64,000 nt of DNA from Candidatus Saccharimonadota bacterium (GTDB lineage Bacteria; Patescibacteriota; Saccharimonadia; Saccharimonadales; UBA4665). The position numbers and the translations under genes were made by a program. Position 1 is the stretch's first letter. Each line of letters opens with the position of its first letter. The stretch is from positions 4,481 to 68,480 of the forward strand of contig PLTT01000013.1 of NCBI GenBank assembly GCA_003164595.1. Direction: 5' to 3'. Below the pieces are notes generated by a model. That model saw only the letters and a program-made list of their open reading frames with translations. It was not told where the DNA came from and did no database searches. Of the stretch, positions 1 to 9,675 are shown in pieces.

Positions 1-692
1 TCGATTATGATGGTACCTTGGTACCGTTTAGCGCTCATTACAAGAACACGCATCCGCCAAAAGCGATTATTAAACTACTCTCTGATTTGAGCGCCAACCC
101 GGTAAACGAGGTTGTGTTAATTAGCGGCCGGAGCGCCGATTTCCTACAAAAGTGGTTTGGCGCAATACCAATGAATCTTGTCGCGGAGCATGGAGCTGCA
201 ATTAAAAAAAACGAAAATAAAAATTGGCAAACAATTGATAAAACCAGCACCAGTTGGAAAAAGCTGCTACTGCCAGTCCTAAAAAAATACGCACGGTTAG
301 CGCCTGGAGCTCATGTTGAAGTGAAATCAAATTCGCTCGTATGGCACTACCGAGCTGCCAAACCGTATAATGCCCAGAAGTATGCAGTCATTATTAAACG
401 GTCTCTAAAACCCATTCTTAAGAAGTATGGCTTGGAAATACTTCAGGGTAACAAGGTCCTGGAGATTAAAAATCCACAGATTAGTAAAGCTAATGCCGCG
501 AAGCAGTGGTTAGATCAAAACTATCCATTCGTTCTCTTCATTGGCGATGATCTGACCGATGAAGATTTATTTTTGGCTCTTTCGCCCGACAGCTACGCCA
601 TTAAGGTGGGGCGAGGCCGAACAGCTGCCCGGTTTCGAGTGGACTCCAGTAGAGACGTTGTAGGTCTACTACGAAAGCTGGCAAAACTCTAA
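1..692 (+). CDS. otsB: Trehalose-6-phosphate phosphatase-like HAD-IIB hydrolase (5' end cut by window edge)
   Basis: The frame of ORF 18..692 stays open back to nt 3 and reads DYDGTLVPF (HAD motif I, DxDGT) at nt 3-29. ISGR and GDDLTDEDLF motifs follow, giving an OtsB-like layout. Confidence 0.7.
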   Translation, partial: DYDGTLVPFSAHYKNTHPPKAIIKLLSDLSANPVNEVVLISGRSADFLQKWFGAIPMNLVAEHGAAIKKNENKNWQTIDKTSTSWKKLLLPVLKKYARLAPGAHVEVKSNSLVWHYRAAKPYNAQKYAVIIKRSLKPILKKYGLEILQGNKVLEIKNPQISKANAAKQWLDQNYPFVLFIGDDLTDEDLFLALSPDSYAIKVGRGRTAARFRVDSSRDVVGLLRKLAKL

Positions 693-885
693 TCAAGGAG
701 TTCTCAGACCTAATTTACTAACGGATATTCCTGGCATGGATCTTCCCAGCTTTTCTCCATCTATATATTTCACCCCTTATAAGGTGTAAATTTTTACCAA
801 CTTGCTGCACCAAACATAACCGTTATGACTTTCTTGCTTAGTAATTTCATACTTTTGAAAGTGCTACTTTTTGTGAGTGGGCTAT

Positions 886-1746
886 TTAAGTAATAAGTGC
901 ATTTACCGATAACATGAAAGATAGGGCAATAATGATAATCAGAGAAAACAAAAATAGCTTACGCGCCGATTGCTGATGGTTTCGGGAATTAAAGCTCCTT
1001 GAGCTCAAATACATCCACCACAGACCCAAAAGTAGCATAACTGCGGCGAATACGTAGCCAGTGTATCCAAAAAACGTTAGGCATAGCGTCGCCACAATAA
1101 AGATACCGATATATGCCAGCATCTGTATCTCGGTATTTCTAATACCTTTCACTGCCGGTAAGACAGGTATGCCAGCTGACTTATAGTCATCAAGTCTAGA
1201 GATAGCAATGGCGTAAAAATGCGCCATCTGCCAAGTTACCATTATTATAAATAATATAACAGCAGCAGTATTAATATTATTTGATACTGCGCAGTAGCCA
1301 GCAACCATCGAAGCCGCTCCTGGCGCGGTACCAACTAATGTTCCGTGAATACTACGACGCTTAACCATCCCATAAAGAACCACATAAATTAGGAATGCAG
1401 AGATTCCAATAAACACAACAAATAAGTTTGTATATATTGTCAGGATCGCAACGCCAATTACCCCAAGTATCAGACCAAAAATTAAAGCGTTTACTGGCCT
1501 AATTAAACCACTAACCAAAGCTCGGTTTTTGGTTCTAGCCATTCTAGAGTCAATATTGCGGTCAATATAGTTATTAAAGACACAGGCTGAGGCAATAATT
1601 AACGAAGTACCCAATAGTGTAAATAATAATAAGGTTAGATCAATATGATCTCGAGCGGCAAGCAAAAACCCACCGCTGGCGGTTAATAAATTACCATAGA
1701 TGATCCCTGGTTTTGTTAGATTGTAATAGTCTTTAAGTCGGTTCAC
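886..1746 (-). CDS. cyoE: Protoheme IX farnesyltransferase (heme O synthase)
   Basis: 286 aa polytopic membrane protein with the UbiA-family motif NNYIDRNIDSRMARTKNRAL. It is the last gene of the cyo operon, 3 nt after cyoD. Confidence 0.85.
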   Translation of the reverse strand: MNRLKDYYNLTKPGIIYGNLLTASGGFLLAARDHIDLTLLLFTLLGTSLIIASACVFNNYIDRNIDSRMARTKNRALVSGLIRPVNALIFGLILGVIGVAILTIYTNLFVVFIGISAFLIYVVLYGMVKRRSIHGTLVGTAPGAASMVAGYCAVSNNINTAAVILFIIMVTWQMAHFYAIAISRLDDYKSAGIPVLPAVKGIRNTEIQMLAYIGIFIVATLCLTFFGYTGYVFAAVMLLLGLWWMYLSSRSFNSRNHQQSARKLFLFSLIIIIALSFMLSVNALIT

Positions 1747-1749
1747 GTA

Positions 1750-2130
1750 TTAAAAACCACCACCTTGGTTGTTCAAGTAGGTATTGATTTGCTCAGGTGT
1801 CATGCGATGATTGAGGTTGTTCATTATCCAGATAGATCCAAATACTAAAATTAACACAATAGTAATCATAAAAATAAGAACAAACAATTTCCATCTTGGT
1901 TTTGTCTCCTTGCCAAGGTGCAAGAAATAGAACATCTGAACAAGAAATTGGATTAATGCAAGACCTATGATTGCGGCAATAACCCAATCATTAGTCGAAA
2001 CGCGGTGAACAACCATTAAATATGCGCATAATGTTAGGGCGATTGACAACAAAAAGCCGGTAACGTAGCTTCTAAGGCTCCCCTCATTATCCTCGTGTTT
2101 TACGACCACGCTGTCATGTTCGTTACTCAT
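1750..2130 (-). CDS. cyoD: Cytochrome o ubiquinol oxidase subunit IV
   Basis: Small 3-TM protein between cyoC and cyoE. The preferred start is the internal ATG at 2130 (MSNEHDS...), which makes an ATGA overlap with the cyoC stop. The track ORF extends to 2178. Confidence 0.65.
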   Translation of the reverse strand: MSNEHDSVVVKHEDNEGSLRSYVTGFLLSIALTLCAYLMVVHRVSTNDWVIAAIIGLALIQFLVQMFYFLHLGKETKPRWKLFVLIFMITIVLILVFGSIWIMNNLNHRMTPEQINTYLNNQGGGF

Positions 2131-2744
2131 TTGCCTAGTGACCCCATTAAATAAACAATCGTGAATATAAAAATCCAAATTATGTCTAGAAAATGCCAGA
2201 ATATGCTAAACAGTGTTAATTGTCTTAAATTGTTTTTAGACAAACCTCCACTGAAAATCTTTCCTAGCAATACCACGAGCCAGAGTAGGCCTATACTTAT
2301 ATGCAATCCATGTGTTCCAACCAGAGTAAAGAATGCTGACAAAAAACCGCTTCTACGCCAACTATTGCCAGTAATAACCAGGTGCCTAAACTCTGTTAGC
2401 TCTAAACTTAAGAAAGCGATACCTAGTAAAAAAGTTATCAGGAACCAAAACAAAACCTTATTTTTATGGTTCGCTCTGGCCGCCAATATACCCAACCCGC
2501 ATGTAAAACTTGACGTTAAAAGTATCAAAGTCTCTGTCAGGACATTAGGTAGTGAGAATAGTGTCTGTCCTGATGGCCCTCCAAAAATATTGTGGTGTAG
2601 GACGGCGTATGTTGCAAAAAGACTAGCGAATAATACGCAGTCGGTCATTATATAAACCCAGAAACCGAACACGGTCTTTGAGTTTTTCTCATGATCAGTA
2701 CCGGAAAGACGTAGTGATGCAGCCGGCGTTGATGCGTCACTCAT
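2127..2744 (-). CDS. cyoC: Cytochrome o ubiquinol oxidase subunit III
   Basis: 205 aa, 5 TM, subunit III-like C-terminus (FWHFLDIIWIFIFTIVY). It overlaps cyoB by 4 nt. Confidence 0.85.
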   Translation of the reverse strand: MSDASTPAASLRLSGTDHEKNSKTVFGFWVYIMTDCVLFASLFATYAVLHHNIFGGPSGQTLFSLPNVLTETLILLTSSFTCGLGILAARANHKNKVLFWFLITFLLGIAFLSLELTEFRHLVITGNSWRRSGFLSAFFTLVGTHGLHISIGLLWLVVLLGKIFSGGLSKNNLRQLTLFSIFWHFLDIIWIFIFTIVYLMGSLGK

Positions 2745-4753
2745 GCATATCTCCTTTTTGGAGCTTGAGCTTTCCTAGCGGCGTATTCCGTTTCAATTCG
2801 TTCAATTTCTTTCGCTGGAACTATGAACTCGGTATGATCATCCGAGGAGCGTACGATAATGACTACTATTATCGTCACTAGAGCAGCGATGCATAGCCAC
2901 CAGACATGCCAAATCATACCGAAACCAAATGCTACACTCAACATACCAATAATGGGCGCAATGCCACTGTTTTTGGGCATGACAATGTCCTTGTAATGAG
3001 GCACTTCATCCGTATCCTTGTTTGATTGTCGCTTGGCTTCCCAGAATGGATCACGGTCGTGAACAATCGGGCTGATCGCAAAGTTGTAAAACGGTGCTGG
3101 GGAGGGGATTGACCACTCTAGAGTTCTGCCATTCCACGGATCACCAGTGTAGTCTATGTTGTCTTTTCGTTGAATAATGCTAAGAGCAATTTGCAATACA
3201 AATATCCCAACTCCTATGGCAATAATTCCGGCACCGATGCCGGATACGATAAATAACGGCTGCCAGCCTAGAGAAGCGCTATAGTGGTCAAGTCTCCTGG
3301 TAGCACCCATCAAACCCAAAATATAGAGTGGGATGAAGGCTAGCAAAAAACCTATAAACCAACACCAAAATGACCATCTCCCTAGCCGTTCGTTCAAGCG
3401 GAACCCGAATATTTTAGGGAACCAGTAGGTAATACCGGCCAGATATCCGAATACGACTCCACCTACGATCATGGTATGGAAGTGGGCTACCAAAAATAGA
3501 CTGTTGTGTAACTGAAAATCCGCCGGTGGTACCGACATAACAACGCCCGCCACTCCACCAACCGTAAACAGACCTATAAAGCCCATGAACCAGTACATCG
3601 GCGTCGAGAAATTGATTCTGCCCCTAAACATAGTAAACAACCAATTGAATACTTTTACTCCGGTCGGGATTGCAATAACCATGGTCATAATCCCAAAGAA
3701 CCCATTAACATCTGCTCCTGCGCCCATAGTAAAGAAGTGGTGTAGCCAAACACTGAATGACAAGACGGTGATGGCACCAATTGCCCATACCATTGAAGTG
3801 TAACCAAATAGTCTTTTTCTAGAGAAGGTTGCAACAATCTCCGAGTAGATTCCAAAAGCAGGGAGTATTAGTATATATACCTCAGGGTGACCCCATGCCC
3901 ATATAAGATTCACGTACATCATCGGGTTACCGCCAAAGCCACCGGTAAAGAAATGCATACCCATAGTACGGTCTAAGAATAAAAGAGTAAGAGTTACAGT
4001 TAGGATTGGGAAAGCAAACATAATAAGTAGAGTGCTACCCAAAACACTCCAGACAAACATCGGCATTTTCATTAGATTCATGCCGCTACAACGCATCTTT
4101 ACGATAGTTACAAAAAAGTTAATCCCAGAAAGTAAACTACCGATTCCGGCAATCTGCAAACTCCATATCCAGTAGTCGACCCCGACACCAGGACTATAAC
4201 GTAGCTCCGATAGTGGCGGGTAGGCTAGCCAGCCCGCAGTTGAGAATTCGCCAATTCCAAGTGACAAATTTATAAGAATCATCCCAGCCGCAAACAGCCA
4301 GAAGCTAGTTAGATTCAAAAACGGAAAGGCTACATCCCGCGCACCGATTTGAATGGGCAACACCAAATTAATTAGGCCAAACATTAATCCCATAGCTGCA
4401 AAAAATATCATTATTGTTCCGTGAGCACTAAATAATTGTTGGAAAGTGGTTGCCGATAATACACCGTGCGACGCTCCGACTGAGGTAGCTTGTTGGGTTT
4501 TCATCATCAGAGCATCGGCGCCGCCCCTGACTAGCATCAGTAAACCAACAATTATGTACATCACGCCAATCTTCTTAGGATCAACGCTAGTCAACCACTC
4601 CTTCCATAACCATTTCCACCGTTTGGTATAGGTCATAAACAAGATAGCAATAAAACCGCCTAGGACAATTGACACAGCAGCCCCCAAAGTAACTTTATCG
4701 TGTGGGAAGACATGGATATTAAGCTTGCCCAAAATACCCGCGACATAATTCAT
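2741..4753 (-). CDS. cyoB: Cytochrome o ubiquinol oxidase subunit I (heme-copper oxidase)
   Basis: 670 aa with WGHPEVYILILPAFG (CuB His and cross-linked Tyr), HHFFTMG (CuB His pair) and VAHFH (heme ligands). Confidence 0.95.
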   Translation of the reverse strand: MNYVAGILGKLNIHVFPHDKVTLGAAVSIVLGGFIAILFMTYTKRWKWLWKEWLTSVDPKKIGVMYIIVGLLMLVRGGADALMMKTQQATSVGASHGVLSATTFQQLFSAHGTIMIFFAAMGLMFGLINLVLPIQIGARDVAFPFLNLTSFWLFAAGMILINLSLGIGEFSTAGWLAYPPLSELRYSPGVGVDYWIWSLQIAGIGSLLSGINFFVTIVKMRCSGMNLMKMPMFVWSVLGSTLLIMFAFPILTVTLTLLFLDRTMGMHFFTGGFGGNPMMYVNLIWAWGHPEVYILILPAFGIYSEIVATFSRKRLFGYTSMVWAIGAITVLSFSVWLHHFFTMGAGADVNGFFGIMTMVIAIPTGVKVFNWLFTMFRGRINFSTPMYWFMGFIGLFTVGGVAGVVMSVPPADFQLHNSLFLVAHFHTMIVGGVVFGYLAGITYWFPKIFGFRLNERLGRWSFWCWFIGFLLAFIPLYILGLMGATRRLDHYSASLGWQPLFIVSGIGAGIIAIGVGIFVLQIALSIIQRKDNIDYTGDPWNGRTLEWSIPSPAPFYNFAISPIVHDRDPFWEAKRQSNKDTDEVPHYKDIVMPKNSGIAPIIGMLSVAFGFGMIWHVWWLCIAALVTIIVVIIVRSSDDHTEFIVPAKEIERIETEYAARKAQAPKRRYA

Positions 4754-5691
4754 GGCATTACCATCCCATTTATGTCACGTGCCTTGGGATTATTTATAGT
4801 TGTTACCGAGTCAATTGATTGGGTGCTGTCCTCGCTAGGGGACATATATTTATAGACTATAGAATTATATAAATCAGGCGAAACGTTCGAATAATGGGCT
4901 ACCTTATTATATTGGCTTGGCTTGGTCAGTTGATTGTAGGTAGCCACAGTTAGTTTTTTGGGTGACGCACTTAATTGTCTAATCCAATTAACATAGTCGC
5001 GGTTGGAACTGGCCTTAACTGTGAATGTCATACCGGAAAATCCCTCACCACTTATGTTAGCTGACGATCCATTAAATATACCATCTTTCGTGGCCATTAA
5101 ATTTAGTTGGGTGGACATACCTGGCATTGCGTAAATTTGACCACCGAGCTGGGGTATCCAAAACGAATTCATTGGGGCGTCAGAAGTAATCTCGAAATTT
5201 ATAGGTGTATTGGTTGGAATTTCAAAATTATTAATTGAGGCAACTTGGTCGTTTGGGTAGATAAACAACCACTTCCAGTCCAACGCCACAACTTGGATGT
5301 TTATTGTCTTATTATCAGAAGCTATTGGTTTATATGGGTCTAGCGAATGGGACGATGTCCATGCCACGACGGATAAGATTAGAATTATGCCAGAAGGTAT
5401 TAACCACCAGATAGCTTCAGCTACAGCGTTATGATCTAGGTTTGGCGAGTACTTGGATTTTGTATTGGTTTCTCTGTACCTAAAAGCAAAGACACCTAAA
5501 AGCGTAAATACCGGAATGACAACTATTAAGGATAACCCCAAGGCAAAATATATAAGATTTCGTTCTTTTAAAGCAATTGGGCCTGCCGGATCAAGAACGG
5601 CTATGTTGGTATGGTGCAGATACCAGGCCGAAATTCCAACAGAGGCAATTAACAAGATTGAAATTACCCCGATTTTTAGTTTTTTATTCAT
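4750..5691 (-). CDS. cyoA: Cytochrome o ubiquinol oxidase subunit II (no CuA ligands)
   Basis: 313 aa with N-terminal TM helices and a cupredoxin-like domain (FWIPQLGGQIYAMPGM). The CuA CxExCGxxHxxM site is replaced by SSANISGEGFSGM with no Cys, which indicates the quinol-oxidase type. Confidence 0.85.
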   Translation of the reverse strand: MNKKLKIGVISILLIASVGISAWYLHHTNIAVLDPAGPIALKERNLIYFALGLSLIVVIPVFTLLGVFAFRYRETNTKSKYSPNLDHNAVAEAIWWLIPSGIILILSVVAWTSSHSLDPYKPIASDNKTINIQVVALDWKWLFIYPNDQVASINNFEIPTNTPINFEITSDAPMNSFWIPQLGGQIYAMPGMSTQLNLMATKDGIFNGSSANISGEGFSGMTFTVKASSNRDYVNWIRQLSASPKKLTVATYNQLTKPSQYNKVAHYSNVSPDLYNSIVYKYMSPSEDSTQSIDSVTTINNPKARDINGMVMP

Positions 5692-5911
5692 GAGTTATAT
5701 GTTCTAAAGACTGATTATATTTATTTGAAGTGAGCCGTGATAATGGCTGCGTCACAAACATACTTTATTTTTCCATGCCTCAATTAAGGGTATAACCTCA
5801 ATCATTATAGCCCCTACTATAGCATTTTTCCCCTCGTCCATGTTATTAAAATAACCTTTTCGGCCATTATTTGAATTACAGTTTTTGGTCTAAGATAACT
5901 ATACTTTAGGC

Positions 5912-6946
5912 ATGCCCTCATTTGATTTATCCGCAGTCCTAGAGATTCCTGAACTAAAGTCTAATCTAGAAGCAGTCAACGATGTTCTTGCTAACGCCAT
6001 AAGCAAAGATAACGAGTTTATTTATGATCCTTATAATAGAATTATGCAATCTAAGAGTAAGCGACTACGGCCAAGCTTGGTAATTGCTATTGCAAGCGTT
6101 CAAAGGCCTCCGTCGGAGTCTGATGTTATCACATCGGCCGCGGCCGTTGAAATGGTACACATAGCTAGTCTTATACATGATGATATTATTGACCATGCTT
6201 CAGTAAGGCACGGCCTCAATACAATAAACTCCCAAGAAGGATTAGCTCAAGCCATCATAATTGGCGACTACCTTCTTGCGAAAGCTGGAGAAACTGCTGC
6301 TATGGTTAATGCTGAGATAGCTATCACGCTACAAACGGCTATCACTAGACTCTGCGCGGGGCAGGCTCGGGAGGTAAGCGATAACTATAATATAGATCGG
6401 TCATTGACCTCATATCTTGATGCTATATCTGGCAAAACGGCAGCTCTCTTTTCATGTTCTTGCCGTATCGGGGGTCTATTGAATGGTCGTGATGAAGCAG
6501 AGCTTGAGTATTTGAGCCAATTTGGAGAAAATTTTGGCATGGCTTTTCAGCTTATCGATGACCTGCTGGATTTTATATCTTCCGAAGAATTATTTGGTAA
6601 ACCGGTGGGCAATGACATCGCTGAAGGAGTATACACATTACCGATACTATTGGCGTTAGGTGCTAGGCAGCCAACCAAGATACGACAACTTCTAATCCCT
6701 AAAACAAATATAAATCTGGGGCAGCTAAATACAATACTTTTTAGTAGTGGCAGCATAGCTAAGACTATTGCAGAGATTGAAAAATATAATTCATTAGCCG
6801 TTGAATCGTTGGATATTTTCGGGAAGGGGAATCAGACTATTAGTAACTTATGCCGTTTGCCTCATGCTTATTTCAGTTGGGCAATAAATAACATGGTTGA
6901 TATGCCCTATAAACAACAAGTGTTTGATCTATTGTCGAATACTTGA
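5912..6946 (+). CDS. Long-chain trans-polyprenyl diphosphate synthase
   Basis: 344 aa with a first Asp-rich motif LIHDDIIDHA and a second FQLIDDLLDF. It is divergent from the cyo operon. Confidence 0.85.
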   Translation: MPSFDLSAVLEIPELKSNLEAVNDVLANAISKDNEFIYDPYNRIMQSKSKRLRPSLVIAIASVQRPPSESDVITSAAAVEMVHIASLIHDDIIDHASVRHGLNTINSQEGLAQAIIIGDYLLAKAGETAAMVNAEIAITLQTAITRLCAGQAREVSDNYNIDRSLTSYLDAISGKTAALFSCSCRIGGLLNGRDEAELEYLSQFGENFGMAFQLIDDLLDFISSEELFGKPVGNDIAEGVYTLPILLALGARQPTKIRQLLIPKTNINLGQLNTILFSSGSIAKTIAEIEKYNSLAVESLDIFGKGNQTISNLCRLPHAYFSWAINNMVDMPYKQQVFDLLSNT

Positions 6947-6957
6947 TGCTAAGCCGA

Positions 6958-7866
6958 TTAAATCAATATTTTACTGACATCATTTTTTATTTTTTTCCAC
7001 AACTGTTTCATGGGTAGCCAATCGCTACCTAAAATGGCAACGCCTAATAATATAAACAATGGCCCGCTGTTTGGATCAGTAGCAACCCCAGTGAAATATC
7101 CACCAAGCTGTTGCCCAAGAACCCAATAAATCACCGACGCACCAATACCAACGTATATAGCGGATTTTCGATAATTATTTGGGAAGAATACGAATAGTCC
7201 GACAATAATTTGTATAATCGCAACGACCGCGACAAACCAAAAGCCCATGTGGCCTATCATCGCGGCCGAATGTTCGTCTAGAAATGATATCCATCTAGGT
7301 GCGCCACTAGTCATTCTAGAAAGCATCTGCGAAGAATCGGCGGGAGAATTTTGGCCGGGCAGTAGAAGATAAATAGTACCTAAGATCCATAAACTTGCCC
7401 AAATAATTGGCAGCCAATACGCTGGCTTATTATTATCTTTGTTGGGCAAAACAGCCAAGGCTAATATGGCATAGATTAAAGCGGCACCCGGTAGTCCCAT
7501 GAAAAGTGTTGAGTGCCAACTTAACATACCAGCCAAACCTTCGCCCAAAGACCAGACACCTAATGCCCAGAAGACTGAAGCTATAAGACCAACTTTGTTA
7601 GTTTTTTTAACTAAAATTAGCACACCTAATGTAAGTTGCACTAAGGCAAACAAGCCATCCCACAAAGCCGGGTGTGACAGTATGAGCCGTATCTCAAAAT
7701 GCATGGGGCTTGAAACTATCCTTGGGTGTCCAAGGCTGACGGGAAGCAGCACTTTATTCGCAAAGTTGCTAGTAAACATCTGTCGTTGAAGCTGTAGTGC
7801 GCCATCCAATAGCCAAACCAGGCCAAGTGTTATTTGAATTTTTCGACGAGTAATTTTTTGTAGCAC
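6958..7866 (-). CDS. Polytopic membrane protein, function unknown (DoxX-like appearance)
   Basis: 302 aa ORF with about 8 hydrophobic segments. No motif recognised with certainty. Confidence 0.5.
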   Translation of the reverse strand: MLQKITRRKIQITLGLVWLLDGALQLQRQMFTSNFANKVLLPVSLGHPRIVSSPMHFEIRLILSHPALWDGLFALVQLTLGVLILVKKTNKVGLIASVFWALGVWSLGEGLAGMLSWHSTLFMGLPGAALIYAILALAVLPNKDNNKPAYWLPIIWASLWILGTIYLLLPGQNSPADSSQMLSRMTSGAPRWISFLDEHSAAMIGHMGFWFVAVVAIIQIIVGLFVFFPNNYRKSAIYVGIGASVIYWVLGQQLGGYFTGVATDPNSGPLFILLGVAILGSDWLPMKQLWKKIKNDVSKILI

Positions 7867-7923
7867 AATATCATCTTAAAACACATGGTCTGATTAAGTC
7901 AGACTTATGTGTGTTCTACGAAT

Positions 7924-8199
7924 CTACTTATTTGTAGCTGGGAGTCTTTGAAGGACGTATTCTGCGATAATGATCAGCGAGATAATGACAATCGAACTTA
8001 AACAGATACTTGAAATTGGAGATTTATCTAGGATTGCTAGAGCGGTACCGCTGATTACTATTCCCGAACCCAGTATTGGCGCAAACTTTGAGCCAGTTTT
8101 TCTATTAATCTTTGCGGTTAATACCGCAATATACCTAACGACAAAAGTTATCAATAAAGTTGCACCTAACACAATATGTACGATTAATAAATAAATCAT
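7924..8199 (-). CDS. Small membrane protein (about 3 TM)
   Basis: 91 aa hydrophobic ORF bracketed by an 11-nt inverted repeat. Coding status is uncertain. Confidence 0.4.
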   Translation of the reverse strand: MIYLLIVHIVLGATLLITFVVRYIAVLTAKINRKTGSKFAPILGSGIVISGTALAILDKSPISSICLSSIVIISLIIIAEYVLQRLPATNK

Positions 8200-8472
8200 A
8201 TTTTTTATTATACTTAAGTTTAATAATAAAGCTAGATTCGTAGCCTAAATTATTATATACGTAGCTATTATTTATTGCTAAATAGATAGTCTGTGGATAA
8301 TCTACGAATAATCAAATCGTAACAATCTCTATGCTCAATCTGTTAAAGCGCAATAAATTTGTTGCCCATTATTTTAGGCTTCGTGATAGACTTAATTAAG
8401 TGCCTAAAAACGTTATGCTTTAAGACAAAACACAGATATAATTGAAGAAGTAATAATAAAAAAAGAGGGTCC

Positions 8473-9675
8473 ATGAAAGTACTGATGCTAGGATGGGAGC
8501 TCCCCCCACAGAATAGTGGTGGTCTTGGTGTAGCTTGCTTTCAGCTTTGTAAGGCCCTCAGCGCTAACAACGTGGACATCGAATTTGTGCTGCCATACTA
8601 CGTTAAAATACCCGTGCCGTTTATGAAAATTACCACGGCTTGGCCAAAGAAATATCGTAATGTTGTACGTACGGGATTGGCTTATGATAGTGCCAGTTAT
8701 GTTGATAGTGGCGGGAATCCTCAGCATCTAGATATCATGCAACAGCAACGATTGTACGAGGAATCTGTTGATAAAGTCGTTGATCTTGGAAGTTTTGATA
8801 TTATTCATGCCCATGATTGGCTGACTTTTCGAGCCGGTCTAAAACTAAAGGCTCAATCAGGTATGCCGTTAATTGTTCACGTCCACTCAATAGAGAGCGA
8901 CCGCGCCGGTGGTAATAGCGGTAACTCACTAGTGAGGGAAATAGAGTATCTTGGACTTTCGATGGCTGACGAAGTTATTGCAGTTAGCGAGCACACTAAA
9001 CAAGCCATTATTCGTGATTATGACATCCCCGCTGAAAAGATAAATGTTGTTCACAATAGCATTGACCGAGATGAGCTTGACGAGCTTGATCCAGATAACA
9101 TCTACGTTTACCTAGAACTTATGAAGAGCCGGGGTTATCATGTAGTAACCAGTGTCGGCAGACTTACAGTCCAGAAAAACATCACCAATTTACTAAGGGC
9201 TGCTCAAAAAGTTATCGAGAAGGTCCCCAAAACGATTTTTGTTATCGTCGGAGGAGGCGAACAGTATAACGAGCTGGTTGATCTAGCTGCTGAACTAGGA
9301 ATCTTAAGGAATGTTGTATTTACAGGCTTCCAAAGAGGTAAGCCTTGGCGAGATGCCTTTGCTGTCGCAGATTTATTTGTAATGCCTTCGGTTTCAGAAC
9401 CTTTTGGACTAACGCCACTGGAAGCAATTAATTATGGAACTCCGTCACTAATTAGCTATCAGTCAGGTGTTAGCGAAGTGCTAAAAAATTGTTTAAAGGT
9501 TGATTACTGGGATGTCAAAGAAATGGCCAATCAGATAGTGGCAGTTCTTCGTACTTCGTCTCTAAGGCGAACACTTAAGGACAATGCTCAGGACGAGCTC
9601 CATCAACTGAGTTGGTCACCTTCTGCAGAGAAATTGCAGAAGATATATGTTAAGCGCCTTGCGGAGGTAGCCTAG
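8473..9675 (+). CDS. GT-B glycosyltransferase, glycogen/alpha-glucan synthase-like
   Basis: N-terminus MKVLMLGWELPPQNSGGLGV, HAHDW, and the C-terminal GT4/GT5 signature SEPFGLTPLEAINYG. RBS AAGAGGG lies upstream. Confidence 0.75.
   Translation: MKVLMLGWELPPQNSGGLGVACFQLCKALSANNVDIEFVLPYYVKIPVPFMKITTAWPKKYRNVVRTGLAYDSASYVDSGGNPQHLDIMQQQRLYEESVDKVVDLGSFDIIHAHDWLTFRAGLKLKAQSGMPLIVHVHSIESDRAGGNSGNSLVREIEYLGLSMADEVIAVSEHTKQAIIRDYDIPAEKINVVHNSIDRDELDELDPDNIYVYLELMKSRGYHVVTSVGRLTVQKNITNLLRAAQKVIEKVPKTIFVIVGGGEQYNELVDLAAELGILRNVVFTGFQRGKPWRDAFAVADLFVMPSVSEPFGLTPLEAINYGTPSLISYQSGVSEVLKNCLKVDYWDVKEMANQIVAVLRTSSLRRTLKDNAQDELHQLSWSPSAEKLQKIYVKRLAEVA

Noticed and set aside
693-885. Search for a bidirectional terminator between the convergent otsB-like gene and cyoE
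   Set aside because: Only 4-bp stems were found (for example CACC...GGTG near 772-787) with no convincing T-tract, so it is not reportable.
2161-2655. 164-aa ORF antisense to cyoC, and likewise 11144-11566 antisense to the GH15 gene
   Set aside because: Both are contained within strongly supported genes on the other strand and have no recognisable motifs.
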